Shown: positions 37,323 through 46,315 of the stretch, piece by piece | How positions within the stretch are numbered: position 1 is the first letter of the stretch | Layout of the letters: each line of letters begins with the position of its first letter | Source: a virus | Lineage: Duplodnaviria; Caudoviricetes | Direction: 5' to 3' (one strand) | IMG/VR virus record: IMGVR_UViG_3300045257_000227 | Location: 1 to 54,219 of that record | DNA: 54,219 nucleotides | Translations under genes and position numbers: made by a program | The notes under the pieces: generated by a model | Told to the model about the DNA's origin: nothing | What the model saw: the letters and a program-made list of their open reading frames with translations, nothing else | The model's database searches: none

Positions 37323-37486
37323 GGCACGGCAAATCAAGACTACTTCCGAATTGCGATTGCGGTGCGGAACTGCGTGCAGACCGAGGCCGTATTTGTGAAA
37401 AATGTGGGTGTTGCCGCTGCTCAAAGTGCTGTCCAAAGCGTTCCAACGGAAAGAGGATTTGTGCTGGCTGTTGGCTTGGTCCCTAA
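37319..37486 (+). CDS. 55-aa protein with 11 Cys (Zn-binding)
   Basis: MRHGKSRLLPNCDCGAELRADRGRICEKCGCCRCSKCCPKRSNGKRICAGCWLGP; ATGA overlap with the upstream gene. Confidence 0.65.
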   Translation: MRHGKSRLLPNCDCGAELRADRGRICEKCGCCRCSKCCPKRSNGKRICAGCWLGP

Positions 37487-38235
37487 AAAATCACCTGCTC
37501 CAGCTTACTCTTGATGTCCTGCCGCTGCCAGATGGCGTGCTCCAATCCGCCTTCATTCACGTTCCCCCAGTTCATCTTGACGTTGTTCTCGCACATGCGC
37601 GCGCGCGTGGCGTTGTACCGTTCCCCGATGCGCTCGACCGGCCCGATGTGGTGGAAGTGCAAGAGGAGTGTTTTTGGGTCGGAGTAGGCTACCGGATTCG
37701 GCAGCGTCAACCCGCTGTGCAGCGTGGCCTTCACAAGCCCGTGTGCACCGACCCAAAATTCGATTTCTTTGACCAGCTTGGGCGAGAACAGAACGGGTTT
37801 GTCATAGAGCCAGTTCTTTGCGCCGTGCTTGATCTCGTCGTAAATCTGTTTGTCGGTGGTCGGGTAGGGGTCACTGGTCATGTCCCAACCTTGAGGCTTG
37901 ATGACGGCGAGTCCTTGGTCATGGTAGCTTTCAAGTGTCTGCTCCGCGCCTTGGGGAAAGTAAATCAGCTCGTCCGCGTCAACCACCATCACCCAATCGG
38001 AGTCCGTGCCGTGCCAGCAGGTTTCTTTGATGCGCTTATTTACGCGGTCGTCAACCTTGTCGCCGGTGTCTTCATGGACAACAAAGACGCCTAGTTCGTA
38101 GGCGAGTTCTCTGGTTTTATCCGTGCTTCCAAAATCGTGCAATATGATTCGACCGGCGAACGACTGGTAATGCCTGAAAGCGTACGTCAGTATTTCCGCC
38201 TCGTTACGAGCTAAGACATGGATTTCGTTTTTTAT
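37483..38235 (-). CDS. GT-A (family 2-like) glycosyltransferase
   Basis: ARNEAEIL...HY, HDFGSTDKT, WVMVVDADELI, LLLHFH. Probable start is ATA 38235 (alternative ATG 38265). Confidence 0.85.
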   Translation of the reverse strand: MKNEIHVLARNEAEILTYAFRHYQSFAGRIILHDFGSTDKTRELAYELGVFVVHEDTGDKVDDRVNKRIKETCWHGTDSDWVMVVDADELIYFPQGAEQTLESYHDQGLAVIKPQGWDMTSDPYPTTDKQIYDEIKHGAKNWLYDKPVLFSPKLVKEIEFWVGAHGLVKATLHSGLTLPNPVAYSDPKTLLLHFHHIGPVERIGERYNATRARMCENNVKMNWGNVNEGGLEHAIWQRQDIKSKLEQVIF

Positions 38236-38384
38236 ATGAATCCTTTCCCGCCGCAAGAATGGCATTGGGTTTTGTCTGTGTGAAAGGCGCTCGAAAACAA
38301 TTCAATGCTGCCAGTTCCTTTGCATCGCTTGCAACGCCGCCGAATCTTTGGTTGCTTCGGCAACCATGGGGTTTTAGATTTCAT
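38232..38384 (-). CDS. DnaJ-type Zn-finger mini-protein (50 aa)
   Basis: CKRCKGTG...CHSCGGKG, i.e. two CxxCxGxG motifs. Confidence 0.75.
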   Translation of the reverse strand: MKSKTPWLPKQPKIRRRCKRCKGTGSIELFSSAFHTDKTQCHSCGGKGFI

Positions 38385-38385
38385 G

Positions 38386-39627
38386 TCAATTGTGTGTCAG
38401 CATACACCCCTCGACCTTCACCCACTTGTCCGCCCCATACTTGTTGATGATGTCCTGAAAGTAAAACCAGTCCGCCGAATGGCTCTCGGTGTCCCGCCAG
38501 CCAACGGAACACGCCGCGTCTTTCTTGATCATCACCCCCGCGCAGTCAATGTACCCGCGTTCCAACCGGCAATCGAGGATACCCCAGTTCACATACGAGT
38601 GAACCATCTTGGAACAGTAGGACGCCACGGCTCCGTTGCGGACGAGTGGCGCCAACAGGTCTTTGCAGAAGTTCGGCGTGTGATGATTGTCGCCGTTGGT
38701 GATGACGATGGCGAAGGTGTCAGGGGCTATTTTGCCGTCTCGAATCAAAGTCAAATACCATTGGCGGTAGTAGTGTCCCCAATTTCCTACCCGCTTCTCC
38801 TGTTCGGTGTAATGGATGCGCGGGTCTTTGATGGATTTCACCAAGTCAGAGATGCCTGTCTCATTTGGGCCGTCGTGAATCAGGTAAAGCTCCCAGTTCT
38901 CATGCGTCTGATTCTTGAGCGACGATATGATTTCCGGGAACGTGTTGTAGATCGGGCAGATGAACGTCACTTTTTCGTTCAGTGGAAACATCGCGTTAAA
39001 TTCTTCCTGCCGGTTAGGGTGTCCCCAAGATACATTTTCCCACTCCCATAAAGGCGACGTGGCCACCGTTCCTGATACCATCCTGACGCACAGGTTTAAA
39101 CCAAGTATCTGTTCAAACAGGCAATTGCCACGATGCTCAAAGGCAAGGCACTGGTCGCGGCTCGTTATCGGGTCGGCTGGGAAGGTCAACCGTTGTGACA
39201 CCGATTTTGAAATGCAAAATCCGATTGTTCGAATGTGTCTCCTAACAACGTCAGACACTTCGTGCGCTACTGCCCCGGTTGTCTGATTTTCCATCCCATC
39301 CAGAAACGCCTTCACGAACGTCTTATGGATTGGAATAACGTCGTCGGTAATCCAAATAATATGCTCCCAACCGTTGTCGAACCCGATCAGCCGTTCGCGG
39401 CACACGTCCTGAAAAGCAGCGATGTCTTGGCCGATGTTTCGACGCATGATATATTTAATCCCGTTCTCGTCGCACAGTTTTTTGAATGGCGTAGATTCGG
39501 CAGGCGTGTCAACATTGTGGATGACGACCAACTCAGCGCCCGTCTGGTCGCACTGTTTCCAGCAACGCAGCCACGTCCTGATGTTCTCAAGACGGTTGTA
39601 CACCACGATGACGACAAGAGTTTTCAC
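38386..39627 (-). CDS. Two-domain GT2-like glycosyltransferase
   Basis: VVIVVYNR...NIGQDI...WITDD and VTFICPIYN...QTHENWELYLIHDG...TNGDN...SADW. Confidence 0.88.
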   Translation of the reverse strand: MKTLVVIVVYNRLENIRTWLRCWKQCDQTGAELVVIHNVDTPAESTPFKKLCDENGIKYIMRRNIGQDIAAFQDVCRERLIGFDNGWEHIIWITDDVIPIHKTFVKAFLDGMENQTTGAVAHEVSDVVRRHIRTIGFCISKSVSQRLTFPADPITSRDQCLAFEHRGNCLFEQILGLNLCVRMVSGTVATSPLWEWENVSWGHPNRQEEFNAMFPLNEKVTFICPIYNTFPEIISSLKNQTHENWELYLIHDGPNETGISDLVKSIKDPRIHYTEQEKRVGNWGHYYRQWYLTLIRDGKIAPDTFAIVITNGDNHHTPNFCKDLLAPLVRNGAVASYCSKMVHSYVNWGILDCRLERGYIDCAGVMIKKDAACSVGWRDTESHSADWFYFQDIINKYGADKWVKVEGCMLTHN

Positions 39628-39980
39628 GCGCTACGGTCTAGTTGGTTGTCTGCTTCGCATTTGATGGCTTCCGGCTGAGAATCGCACCACTTAGCCCATG
39701 CTGCATTGTCGCGCATCTCCACCTCTGTTGGAGGTTGCTCCCGCAGCTTGTATTCGGCAATGGGGTAGAATCCTCCCCGTCCTCCGCTACGATTGATGTG
39801 ACAAGCCCCAAGGTACTTGGACATCACGTAGCAGTGCAGCCGCTCCTCTGGTCTGGCAACATCGTCAAGCTCGTTTAATGCGTCGAATACGCCGAGCAAT
39901 TCGGTGACACGCAGTAATATCGGTGTTCGTTTTAGCATCAGTGTTTTTCCAATGGCGGGGCCGTCAATGAATTTAGTCAT
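39624..39980 (-). CDS. Hypothetical protein
   Basis: FIDGPA.G N-terminal motif; overlaps with neighbouring genes. Confidence 0.75.
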   Translation of the reverse strand: MTKFIDGPAIGKTLMLKRTPILLRVTELLGVFDALNELDDVARPEERLHCYVMSKYLGACHINRSGGRGGFYPIAEYKLREQPPTEVEMRDNAAWAKWCDSQPEAIKCEADNQLDRSA

Positions 39981-40333
39981 AGCTGCTTGGGTTTAAGATT
40001 TGGTTTCTCTGCCAAAACAGCGGCTTCAAATTCGGCAGCTTCGTGTTTGTTTTCGAAGTACAATACCACGGGAAAACTTCCATCAAGTTCCGGCGTTGGG
40101 CAGAGTGGGTCAATGTTGAAAGTCGGTTCATTCCACGGAGAGACATAATTTTTTGCGTCCCGGCTGTATTTTTTGCGTCCCGGCTGTAGTGGTTTTGGGT
40201 GCAAATAATTCTTATCAAATACGCGAATTTTAAAAGCTCCACATTGACGACACCAAAGGACTTGATGCTCCGGCCAGTCGCCTTGAAGAATGTCGGCGGT
40301 CACTTGGTCAGGAGGATGAACACAGGGCTTCAT
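39977..40333 (-). CDS. Hypothetical Zn-ribbon protein containing a 20-bp tandem duplication
   Basis: CVH...WCRQCG; ATGA overlaps at both ends. Confidence 0.65.
   Translation of the reverse strand: MKPCVHPPDQVTADILQGDWPEHQVLWCRQCGAFKIRVFDKNYLHPKPLQPGRKKYSRDAKNYVSPWNEPTFNIDPLCPTPELDGSFPVVLYFENKHEAAEFEAAVLAEKPNLKPKQL
40149..40188. repeat. 20-bp tandem direct repeat (TTTTTTGCGTCCCGGCTGTA x2)
   Basis: Exact adjacent copies. Confidence 0.9.
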
Positions 40334-40542
40334 AAAATAGGAACCATAGGGCTTGCTGATTTCCACCCGGCCCTAAATGCTTCATGTGGTCCACAACCAT
40401 TAATCCAAGGGTTTGAATTAATGGTTCGCCCCATCAGTGCAGCCAATTTCCCACTTTCGTATGGATGTTCCTTGCCATCCCCATGAATGAGTTCAATTAG
40501 ATTTTGGGCTTCCTCTGGAATTGTTTCGCTATTTTTTGTCAT
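40330..40542 (-). CDS. Small hypothetical protein
   Basis: YESGKLA...NPW...F.AGW pattern (RMF-like phage proteins). Confidence 0.65.
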   Translation of the reverse strand: MTKNSETIPEEAQNLIELIHGDGKEHPYESGKLAALMGRTINSNPWINGCGPHEAFRAGWKSASPMVPIL

Positions 40543-40559
40543 GGTATAATCGTCTTAGA

Positions 40560-42104
40560 TTATTTCAGGTAGTCAAAGTTGCCAAGGGTGTTGCCCGCGT
40601 TGTGAACAAAATACAGCATCCATTTGGTCGCAAACCTTGCGTTCGAGGTCGCCATGATTCCGTTGATGCCCGGCACCTTGCTCGTTTCCGACTGGGACAG
40701 ATGAACGCCCCGAGCAAACGGGGTGTACCAGATTTTAAAACCGGCCTGACGCACCTTCATGCAAATGTCATCGTCCTCACAGTAGAATTTGTAACCCTCG
40801 TCGTACCCGCCAATCTGCTCAAACACAGAACGGCGAAACATGAAGGACGCACCGTTCACGTTCTCCATCTCACAAGGATAGCACACAGTCTCGGTGGTTT
40901 GGGTGCCAATGCCGTCAATGTGAATGAAGCCTGCCGAACCGTCTGGATTTCGAGTCTTGCCAGAGTGGTAAATCCTACCGTTCGGAAAACTGAGAAAGTG
41001 TCCGACGCACCCCACGTCATGCGCCATGACCGCCTTCATCTTGTCCACCGCGTCAGGCGCAAGGTAAACGTCGTCATTCAACACCAGCAGGTAATCGCCC
41101 GTCGCGTGCTTCGCCCCAAAGTTCACGTTGCGGCCAAACCCGATGCCGGACTCAGACGAGACGACATGCCGGATTTTCGTATTACCGATAACCCCTTCGG
41201 GCAGCACGGCCGCGGCTTCCCGTGTCACAATAATCTCGTCCACTTGCGGCAGCACGGCCAACAGGCACTTGTTGAGCATGTCCGCCGTTGGCTTGTAGAT
41301 CGGAATGACACAGGAAACCGATACGGCCGCTTTCGGCGGGTCAATCACGGTCGGCGGGTTGATGGCCCTTTTCACGGCCTGAATGATTTCTACCTTCATC
41401 CGCTCGTAATCCGCATACTTGATATATAACGCAAATTTCTTGTGCGGCGCGCTCCCACGCCAGCCGTCCGCCGCCAGAACAATCGTCGGCACCGGGGACG
41501 CCTTCGACAGATGCACATGCGCCGTCTCAATCGTCACCAGGCACGCCGCGCGGTCGTACAACCCAAGCAGGTCGTATATCCGATGCGCTTTCACTTGCGA
41601 CAGCCGGACAAATTCATGGTGCGGAAACTCCGCCTGTATCAGCCGCGCCAGTTCCTCTTTTGGCAGGAACGGCGAGCTTTGAGAGTGGTCCCCGAACAGG
41701 ATGTAGGGTTTCGCCTTCGTGTGTATCCCAAGGTCTTTCTCCCGGTCGGCGTTTCTTTTATCGAACACGAGCGGCCAGTCCTCGAAATGTTCCACGGCGC
41801 CCGCGCGGCGCCACTGGTCGAGTTGAAAACTCGGCGTCAATTGTTGCACCGGCATGTTCCCATGCGTCTGTAAAGCGATGACCTGACTGAACCGTTTTTT
41901 GGCAAACAGGATGGCACCGGCCAAGTCCGAACTGTCCCCGTTCCAAATCACCGGCTCGACATAGCTGACGCCTTCGAGAACTGAGGCATACTCCGGGCTG
42001 ATGACCAGCTTTGGGCGTTGTCCCGTCTCTTTGAAGTCGTGGTATAGGATCGGGAGGATGCTCAGAACGTCACCCGCCTTGGAAAGCTGGATGTAGCACT
42101 TCAT
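40560..42104 (-). CDS. Fused GT9-like (GT-B) + GT2 glycosyltransferase
   Basis: LSKAGDVLSILP and LVTIETAHVHLS (GT9-like); CVIPIY, GFGRNVNFG, LLVLNDD, GGYDEGY..YCEDDDIC (GT2). Confidence 0.88.
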   Translation of the reverse strand: MKCYIQLSKAGDVLSILPILYHDFKETGQRPKLVISPEYASVLEGVSYVEPVIWNGDSSDLAGAILFAKKRFSQVIALQTHGNMPVQQLTPSFQLDQWRRAGAVEHFEDWPLVFDKRNADREKDLGIHTKAKPYILFGDHSQSSPFLPKEELARLIQAEFPHHEFVRLSQVKAHRIYDLLGLYDRAACLVTIETAHVHLSKASPVPTIVLAADGWRGSAPHKKFALYIKYADYERMKVEIIQAVKRAINPPTVIDPPKAAVSVSCVIPIYKPTADMLNKCLLAVLPQVDEIIVTREAAAVLPEGVIGNTKIRHVVSSESGIGFGRNVNFGAKHATGDYLLVLNDDVYLAPDAVDKMKAVMAHDVGCVGHFLSFPNGRIYHSGKTRNPDGSAGFIHIDGIGTQTTETVCYPCEMENVNGASFMFRRSVFEQIGGYDEGYKFYCEDDDICMKVRQAGFKIWYTPFARGVHLSQSETSKVPGINGIMATSNARFATKWMLYFVHNAGNTLGNFDYLK

Positions 42105-42358
42105 TGCTTGGCCTTCCAAAACTGGCACGCCGGAGATTTTAGACGGATGTCGCTGCCCGGTCCGGCTGTTGCTTTGACCAAATCGCACTTCCAATAGGTC
42201 TTGGAAAAGTGGCGCGAGTAGGCGTGAACGCACGTCCGACAAAATTCACCAACTGGACCAGAGCCGGGACGCGCAGCGTAACCCTTTGGCTGTCCAATCT
42301 TCTTCATCGCTGCCCGCGCTTCCTCGATGGAGATGTCTTTTCCGAACAGGTCTTTCAC
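42101..42358 (-). CDS. Cys-rich hypothetical protein
   Basis: GYAARPGSGP.GE.C.TC.H...YWKC...ACQFW. Confidence 0.8.
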   Translation of the reverse strand: MKDLFGKDISIEEARAAMKKIGQPKGYAARPGSGPVGEFCRTCVHAYSRHFSKTYWKCDLVKATAGPGSDIRLKSPACQFWKAKQ

Positions 42359-42795
42359 TCCGCCTCCTTAATCTCGACCTGACACCCAGGACGCTCGCCA
42401 AATTCCTTGTGTAACGATTCGTCAACAATCAGGGCGTCGTCATTCCAAATGATCCCCGTCAACGCATCCTCGACGCCGCGCGCGAGCTTCAATTCGTCAG
42501 GCTTTGATGTCGGTCGTTTCGGTGCCGAGTCGCGTAACAAGGCGGCATTCTTGCCCGTCCGGTAATGCGCTTTCGGACGCACGATGTAGAAGGTGAACCG
42601 GACTTTAATGGGGCAGTCCCACAACGGGCCGGAATATTGCCGTTGGCCTTCGTGTTTTACATCCGTTTTCCAGTCCTTCGAGTTTGGGTTGGCGTCCACG
42701 ATGACAACGCGCTTGATGTTCTTCATGTAGAAGCCGCGCTTGCTACCGGCAGGTTTCGGGACTCCGGCGACGAAGAAGGAGAGGGACGGCCTCAT
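42355..42795 (-). CDS. rusA: RusA-family Holliday junction resolvase
   Basis: GVPKPAGSKR...SKPDELKLARGVEDALTGIIWNDDALIV. Confidence 0.92.
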   Translation of the reverse strand: MRPSLSFFVAGVPKPAGSKRGFYMKNIKRVVIVDANPNSKDWKTDVKHEGQRQYSGPLWDCPIKVRFTFYIVRPKAHYRTGKNAALLRDSAPKRPTSKPDELKLARGVEDALTGIIWNDDALIVDESLHKEFGERPGCQVEIKEAE

Positions 42796-43031
42796 ACAAC
42801 GCCTCGGTCAATCATCTCTTGAGCCGCGTCCTCTTGTAGAGCATGGTTAAGATTATCCAGCGCGCCAGAAAGAGAAGTCGAAATCTCGCCGGAAACATCT
42901 GCCTGTTTTTCTTCGTAGGGCCAAGACATAGTTCCTCGAAAGATTGATTTTCCGGGCATGACGTTTTTTACCGATAATTGCCCTCCGGCGTTCAGAGACA
43001 TACGAATCCAACTTTTGTCCATGTCGTTCAT
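42792..43031 (-). CDS. Hypothetical protein
   Basis: ATGA overlaps on both sides. Confidence 0.65.
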   Translation of the reverse strand: MNDMDKSWIRMSLNAGGQLSVKNVMPGKSIFRGTMSWPYEEKQADVSGEISTSLSGALDNLNHALQEDAAQEMIDRGVV

Positions 43032-43318
43032 AAAAGCGCCAAAACGTAGTCCCAATCAACCACCGTGCATTTCTGGTCGTCGGCCAAAAACTGCATTTGC
43101 TTCTTGATCAAAACGCGGTCGCCGACCTTCACGTCGGGCAACTCCTTTGCGGCCTCGTCAGATAGCGCCATCACCGTGCCCCTGTCCGGCATGTCGCGCC
43201 GCACGCGGGGTATCCAGAACGACCCTATCTGTTCCTCAATCTCCGGCTTGATGAACACGAGCCGCCTGAGAGGGCGGAACGGCAGGGACGGCGTTTCGGT
43301 TAGCGCGTTGTGGTTCAT
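43028..43318 (-). CDS. groES: GroES/Cpn10-like co-chaperonin
   Basis: FRPLRRLVFIKP...GSFWIP...GTVMA...VKVGDRVL...YVLALL. Confidence 0.85.
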   Translation of the reverse strand: MNHNALTETPSLPFRPLRRLVFIKPEIEEQIGSFWIPRVRRDMPDRGTVMALSDEAAKELPDVKVGDRVLIKKQMQFLADDQKCTVVDWDYVLALL

Positions 43319-43587
43319 TAAAGTTCGCCCGCTTTTTCAGTGAGCATCGCTGCCAGCTTTAAAGCGGAGTCTTTGTCCAGTCCCAACCAATTCATAGGCT
43401 TGGTGAACTGGATGCGAACGATTTTGTTTTGCGGGTCTGTAGCAATCGCAAAGGCTGTTTCTCCATCGTCCTCACCTGAAATACGTCCGTGCGGCCATTG
43501 CCGATTTGCCGTGCCCGCCGCTTCATCCAAAAAACGTCTCATCAAGCGTTCTTCTTCCGGGTTTGAGTGGTGATGTTGTGCGCTCAT
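43318..43587 (-). CDS. Hypothetical phage protein
   Basis: WPHGRISGEDDGE.AFAI...IQFTKPMNWLGL. Confidence 0.75.
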   Translation of the reverse strand: MSAQHHHSNPEEERLMRRFLDEAAGTANRQWPHGRISGEDDGETAFAIATDPQNKIVRIQFTKPMNWLGLDKDSALKLAAMLTEKAGEL

Positions 43588-44000
43588 CGTTTGTTCCAAG
43601 GTTTAAAGGTTAGGATGTCGGCAAAGGGTGGAAATTCTCCCGTGAACTGAATGGCTCGGTCGTCAATCAAGACAGTCGCGGCTGGCTTCCAAAGTGGAAA
43701 CTTTATCACTTCGAGAAAGCGTGGCTCCAGCCCATGTTTCAAAAGCCATTTCTTCATCGCCCGACGACCTCCCCAGTAACGAGAGCGCGACGAAAAGATA
43801 TTTAATTCCCAGTCGCCTTGCGGAGCCATCGCACACCACGAATCAGGCACGGTGCAATGTTCGATGATAAACTCATCAATCCACTCCAAAGCGCCAAACA
43901 CAGGGGGGTCAGATATAGTCTTTGCTCCTTTCCATCCACTCGAATAGGAATGGATTACACCATCGAAATCCAAACACAGAATTTTCTTGTACGGTTTCAT
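43584..44000 (-). CDS. HAD-superfamily phosphatase-like protein
   Basis: ILCLDFDGVIH (DxD), FSSR, KPAA.VLIDDRA. Confidence 0.85.
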   Translation of the reverse strand: MKPYKKILCLDFDGVIHSYSSGWKGAKTISDPPVFGALEWIDEFIIEHCTVPDSWCAMAPQGDWELNIFSSRSRYWGGRRAMKKWLLKHGLEPRFLEVIKFPLWKPAATVLIDDRAIQFTGEFPPFADILTFKPWNKR

Positions 44001-45244
44001 CGCCCAAGCTTCGTAATTTCGTCAATCATCCCGTCCGTCCCGCTGCGTTCACCGTCCTCCGTAGCCGCTGCGCCGCCTTCGCCGCCTGCTCCTGGGTCTG
44101 TTCCCTGCAACTTGGCTACCAACGCTTCCAGTTCGGTGATGCGCCCCTCCCGCTGCTTGAGCAACACCTCTTGCGCCGGCCACGCCGCCGCCATGCGCCG
44201 CACCAGTGCCGCCGTCTGCGCCTGCTCTTGAACCGTCTTTTGACCGAAAGTGCCCGAGTTGGTGTCCACGAACTTCAACCCCTCGGTCAACGCCTTGTTG
44301 TACTCATCGTTGCCGTCAATCGGTTGGAAATACTTCTGTGCCAGTGCCGCGTCAAACTCGCCGTAAACGCGCGTTGCCGCCTGTTGATTCTCGCGTGCCT
44401 TGCTTACGCTCATCTCGCGGTCCTTCGACCAGCCGTTGCGCTTGGCCTCAATCTCCTCGTTGGCTTGGTCCTCGATCTGGCGCAGTTCACCGACAAACTT
44501 CAAAACCACGTCGGCGTCATCTCCGAACATCTCACGGGCGATGCGCCGTTGCGCCGCCAAAGACGATTGCTCGGCTTGCACAAGTTGAAAGTCGGTCACG
44601 GTGGCCGGGCGTGGTGTGCCGCCTTCATTGACCTGCAACCCCTTCAATTCGGCTTGGATGTTCCCCCATACCTTGCGGGCTTTGCCTTCGTACTTCGCCT
44701 TGAACTCCGGCGACTCGCGGTAATCGCGGGAGTAAAGGTCGGCCTCAAGCTGTTGCAACCGTTCCTGTAAACGCGACTGTTGCTGCTTCTGCTCCGGGGT
44801 CAAGTATTCGCGGTTGGCGTACTCTTGTAGCCGTTGCTCGGTGGACGTGATTTTCGTGGAGAGCTCGGCCTTGGTCGCCTCGAACACCTGTTGCAACTTC
44901 TCATGCGCCGTGCGGAATTGGGCGGGGGCGGTTTTCCAGTCCAAGGGCTTGTCCTCGGTCTTGGGAGCGGGTGCGGCTGGTTTGGCAGGCGCGGGAGACG
45001 GTTTAGCAGCTGCCGGGGCTGGTTTGGCCGGTTCGGGCTTCGCGGGGGCCGCGGCAGGCTTGGCAGGGGGCGGACTCCCACCGGCGGGCGCGGGGACAGG
45101 CGCAGCCGCCGGGGGAGGTTCCGCAGCGGGAGGAGTCGCCACTGAATTGAGTTCGGCCATGATGCCATCGGCCATGCTGGTAGAACCAGATTCGGTCGGG
45201 GGCGCTCCGGCGGGGGCGTCGGGTGAAAGGAGGAGTTTTCGCAT
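43997..45244 (-). CDS. Putative capsid scaffolding protein
   Basis: P/A/K-rich disordered N-terminus followed by a long coiled coil; downstream of the portal. Confidence 0.65.
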   Translation of the reverse strand: MRKLLLSPDAPAGAPPTESGSTSMADGIMAELNSVATPPAAEPPPAAAPVPAPAGGSPPPAKPAAAPAKPEPAKPAPAAAKPSPAPAKPAAPAPKTEDKPLDWKTAPAQFRTAHEKLQQVFEATKAELSTKITSTEQRLQEYANREYLTPEQKQQQSRLQERLQQLEADLYSRDYRESPEFKAKYEGKARKVWGNIQAELKGLQVNEGGTPRPATVTDFQLVQAEQSSLAAQRRIAREMFGDDADVVLKFVGELRQIEDQANEEIEAKRNGWSKDREMSVSKARENQQAATRVYGEFDAALAQKYFQPIDGNDEYNKALTEGLKFVDTNSGTFGQKTVQEQAQTAALVRRMAAAWPAQEVLLKQREGRITELEALVAKLQGTDPGAGGEGGAAATEDGERSGTDGMIDEITKLGR

Positions 45245-45247
45245 AAA

Positions 45248-45574
45248 TCAGGAAATTACCGTTAAGTCTTTTTCAGCCGCTAAACCGGCTCCGTATTTTA
45301 TTTTGTCCCTTACGCAGCGCAAATCGGATTCACCTTCACCAAGAATCTCGTTCAGGAAGTCGCGCAAGGCGCGTATCTCCGCTTCGCTGTGCATCGACAT
45401 GTGCTGTGCCGGGTAGAACACTGATTCTTCCCCGTAGGATTCGGAAAACAAATGGAAATAGGGATTATAACGCGACAACCCTTCTCCCGTTTTTTGCTGG
45501 CCATTGACCAAGTGAATGCCGCGCTCGGCAAGCTTGCGGGTTATCATTTTGGCGTTTTGTGCTTGTTGGCTCAT
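45248..45574 (-). CDS. Hypothetical protein
   Basis: 108-aa ORF, packed in the operon. Confidence 0.65.
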   Translation of the reverse strand: MSQQAQNAKMITRKLAERGIHLVNGQQKTGEGLSRYNPYFHLFSESYGEESVFYPAQHMSMHSEAEIRALRDFLNEILGEGESDLRCVRDKIKYGAGLAAEKDLTVIS

Positions 45575-45577
45575 AAA

Positions 45578-45832
45578 TCAGTTCCCACCAACCGGCGGGG
45601 GCAAATGTTTCTTCATCATTTCGTCAAAAATCTCGACCAGTTCACGCTTCGCCTGCTCGTCCGGCGCGCCATTCAACAGCATCGCGTAGGCCGCGCCGAT
45701 GCAAAGGGCCGCTTCCGTGCAGTCCAGCTTGTGAATCTTGAAAGAGTGGAATAACGCGCCGACAATCACTTCGACCGGCGTCTTGCGCTGCTCGACCACC
45801 ACGCGGGTTACTTTGGGAAGGCGGTTGGTCAT
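45578..45832 (-). CDS. Hypothetical protein
   Basis: GGAG RBS and ATGA overlap. Confidence 0.7.
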   Translation of the reverse strand: MTNRLPKVTRVVVEQRKTPVEVIVGALFHSFKIHKLDCTEAALCIGAAYAMLLNGAPDEQAKRELVEIFDEMMKKHLPPPVGGN

Positions 45833-46104
45833 TTCTTCTCCCCCGGCTTGTAGTCCTGCTCATACGTCGCCAGCGTCTTCACCGGAAATTTCGGCATCGG
45901 TTCGGCCTTCTCCCCGATGTTGCCCATGATCTGCACAAGGATTTCCGCCCCGCGCATTTCCTCGGTCGTCGCGCCGCTGGTCGCCAGTTTCGCCAGCGAC
46001 AGCGCCACGCCGATTTGAAATGACGTGCTTTCCGCCATCGCGCGAAACTCCTTGGCCGGAGTCGGCAGATAGTCGGTGAAGGTCTTTTTGGCGTCGAAGG
46101 TCAT
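45829..46104 (-). CDS. Hypothetical protein
   Basis: ATGA overlaps. Confidence 0.7.
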   Translation of the reverse strand: MTFDAKKTFTDYLPTPAKEFRAMAESTSFQIGVALSLAKLATSGATTEEMRGAEILVQIMGNIGEKAEPMPKFPVKTLATYEQDYKPGEKK

Positions 46105-46298
46105 TTTTTAACAGGTGGAACACCGACCGCCTCAACGTATTTCTTTGTAAGCCACTCGTACTCCTCAATCAGCGCGTTCACCAACTGGGCGTTGGAAAGG
46201 CTTTTGATGATTTGTCGCTCGCCAAAGGCTTTAAGGATGCGAACAGCGTTCTTTTCCAGTCTGACGTAGGGCTTTGATTTGGTAGCGGCTTTTGACAT
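46101..46298 (-). CDS. Ribbon-helix-helix-like regulator
   Basis: YVRL strand, helix, then SNAQLVNALIEEY; has its own promoter upstream. Confidence 0.55.
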   Translation of the reverse strand: MSKAATKSKPYVRLEKNAVRILKAFGERQIIKSLSNAQLVNALIEEYEWLTKKYVEAVGVPPVKK

Positions 46299-46315
46299 GC
46301 AATTCGATTGGATGC

